Assembly (NCBI GenBank): GCA_002269645.1
Contig: NIVC01002837.1
Span: forward strand, 72,771-136,770
Reading direction: 5' to 3'
Source of the DNA: Macrostomum lignano
Taxonomy: Eukaryota
Length of the DNA: 64,000 bases
In this document: positions 61,901 to 64,000 of the stretch, in pieces
How the letters are laid out: every line of letters begins with the position of its first letter
Position numbering within the stretch: position 1 is the first letter of the stretch
Position numbers and translations under genes: made by a program
Notes under the pieces: model-generated
The model's input: only the letters and a program-made list of their open reading frames with translations
The model's database searches: none
Told to the model about the DNA's origin: nothing

Positions 61901-64000
61901 GCGCTAGTTAGAGATTCTGAGAGTAGCGGGCTCTGCGTCATCTTTGCACCTGTGTATATCAGCCCCATTGAGTGTCATTTCTAAGCTCTCCATTTGATTC
62001 TATATATTGACAGCGCAGCGCTAGTTAGAGATTCTGAGAGTAGCGGGCTCTGCGTCATCTTTGCACCTGTGTATATCAGCCCCATTGAGTGTCATTTCTA
62101 AGCTCTCCATTTGATTCTATATATTGACAGCGCTAGTTAGAGATTCGAGGAGTAGCGGGCTCTGCGTCATCTTTGCACCTGTGTATATCAGCCCCATTGA
62201 GTGTCATTTCTAAGCTCTCCATTTGATTCTATATATTGACAGCGCTAGTTAGAGATTCTGAGAGTAGCGGGCTCTGCGTCATCTTTGCACCTGTGTATAT
62301 CAGCCCCATTGAGTGTCATTTCTAAGCTCTCCATTTGATTCTATATATTGACAGCGCTAGTTAGAGATTCTGAGAGTAGCGGGCTCTGCGTCATCTTTGC
62401 ACCTGCGTATATCAGCCCCATTGAGTGTCATTTCTAAGCTCTCCATTTGATTCTATATATTGACAGCGCTAGTTAGAGATTCTGAGAGTAGCGGGCTCTG
62501 CGTCATCTTTGCACCTGCGTATATCAGCCCCATTGAGTGTCATTTCTAAGCTCTCCATTTGATTCTATATATTGACAGCGCTAGTTAGAGATTCTGAGAG
62601 TAGCGGGCTCTGCGTCATCTTTGCACCTGCGTATATCAGCCCCATTGAGTGTCATTTCTAAGCTCTCCATTTGATTCTATATATTGACAGCGCTAGTTAG
62701 AGATTCTGAGAGTAGCGGGCTCTGCGTCATCTTTGCACCTGTGTATATCAGCCCCATTGAGTGTCATTTCTAAGCTCTCCATTTGATTCTATATATTGAC
62801 AGCGCTAGTTAGAGATTCTGAGAGTAGCGGGCTCTGCGTCATCTTTGCACCTGTGTATATCAGCCCCATTGAGTGTCATTTCTAAGCTCTCCATTTGATT
62901 CTATATATTGACAGCGCTAGTTAGAGATTCTGAGAGTAGCGGGCTCTGCGTCATCTTTGCACCTGCGTATATCAGCCCCATTGAGTGTCATTTCTAAGCT
63001 CTCCATTTGATTCTATATATTGACAGCGCTAGTTAGAGATTCTGAGAGTAGCGGGCTCTGCGTCATCTTTGCACCTGTGTATATCAGCCCCATTGAGTGT
63101 CATTTCTAAGCTCTCCATTTGATTCTATATATTGACAGCGCTAGTTAGAGATTCTGAGAGTAGCGGGCTCTGCGTCATCTTTGCACCTGTGTATATCAGC
63201 CCCATTGAGTGTCATTTCTAAGCTCTCCATTTGATTCTATATATTGACAGCAGCGCTAGTTAGAGATTCTGAGAGTAGCGGGCTCTGCGTCATCTTTGCA
63301 CCTGTGTATATCAGCCCCATTGAGTGTCATTTCTAAGCTCTCCATTTGATTCTATATATTGACAGCGCTAGTTAGAGATTCTGAGAGTAGCGGGCTCTGC
63401 GTCATCTTTGCACCTGCGTATATCAGCCCCATTGAGTGTCATTTCTAAGCTCTCCATTTGATTCTATATATTGACAGCGCAGCGCTAGTTAGAGATTCTG
63501 AGAGTAGCGGGCTCTGCGTCATCTTTGCACCTGGTATATCAGCCCATTGAGTGTCATTTCTAAGCTCTCCATTTGATTCTATATATTGACAGCGCGCTAG
63601 TTAGAGATTCTGAGAGTAGCGGGCTCTGCGTCATCTTTGCACCTGTTATATCAGCCCCATTGAGTGTCATTTCTAAGCTCTCCATTTGATTCTATATATT
63701 GACAGCGCAGCGCTATTTAGAGATTCTGAGAGTAGCGGGCTCTGCGTCATCTTTGCACCTGCGTATATCAGCCCCATTGAGTGTCATTTCAAGCTCTCCA
63801 TTTGATTCTATATATTGACAGCGCTAGTTAGAGATTCTGAGAGTAGCGCGGCTCTGCGTCATCTTTGCACCTGCGTTATATCAGCCCCATTGAGTGTCAT
63901 TTCTAAGCTCTCCATTTGCATTCTATATATTGACAGCGCTAGTTAGAGATTCTGAGAGTAGCGGGCTCTGCGTCATCTTTGCACCTGTGTATATCAGCCC
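55991..64000. repeat. satellite DNA, 112/117-bp monomer, ~70 units, continues past window end
   Basis: Spacing of TCAGCCCC is 117 bp (56004 to 56121) then 112 bp (to 56233). The two forms differ by a 5-bp AGCGC duplication. Confidence 0.99.

Noticed and set aside
55991-64000. Satellite monomer as a 5S rRNA, tRNA or spliced-leader RNA array
   Set aside because: The ~115-bp size is suggestive, but I could not find 5S conserved segments, Pol III A/B boxes, a cloverleaf or an Sm site with a donor. A covariance-model search would be the decisive test.

Overview
Eukaryotic (animal) genomic DNA that is extremely rich in tandem repeats. GC3-rich exons in long introns full of minisatellites resemble the flatworm Macrostomum, but that assignment is inference only. 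Four protein-coding loci can be reconstructed from GT-AG boundaries and phase-matched exons. (1) An LHFPL/TMHS-family tetraspan gene (minus; 2 exons seen, 5821-7404). (2) A contactin-like C-type-lectin + Ig protein, mostly in one large exon (minus, 16484-18419). (3) An 8+ exon CPED1-like gene with cadherin-like and PC-esterase domains (plus, ~19.0-36.6 kb). (4) An unrecognised gene (minus, exons at 53153-53620 and 46501-46908). Mobile DNA: a 1285-bp non-autonomous foldback/MULE-like element with modular 14-bp TIR arrays and a 9-bp TSD (13451-14735); a 5'-truncated, inactivated EN-RT-RNaseH non-LTR retrotransposon of the LOA/I group with an unusually long (~160-180 bp) flanking duplication (48072-52346); a 3' RTE-clade fragment (~54.9-55.7 kb); and a possible solo LTR. 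About 30 distinct mini/microsatellite arrays are present, and an 8-kb 112/117-bp satellite with incipient higher-order structure runs off the right edge. Most ORFs in the supplied track are repeat artefacts. No rRNA, tRNA or CRISPR features were seen.
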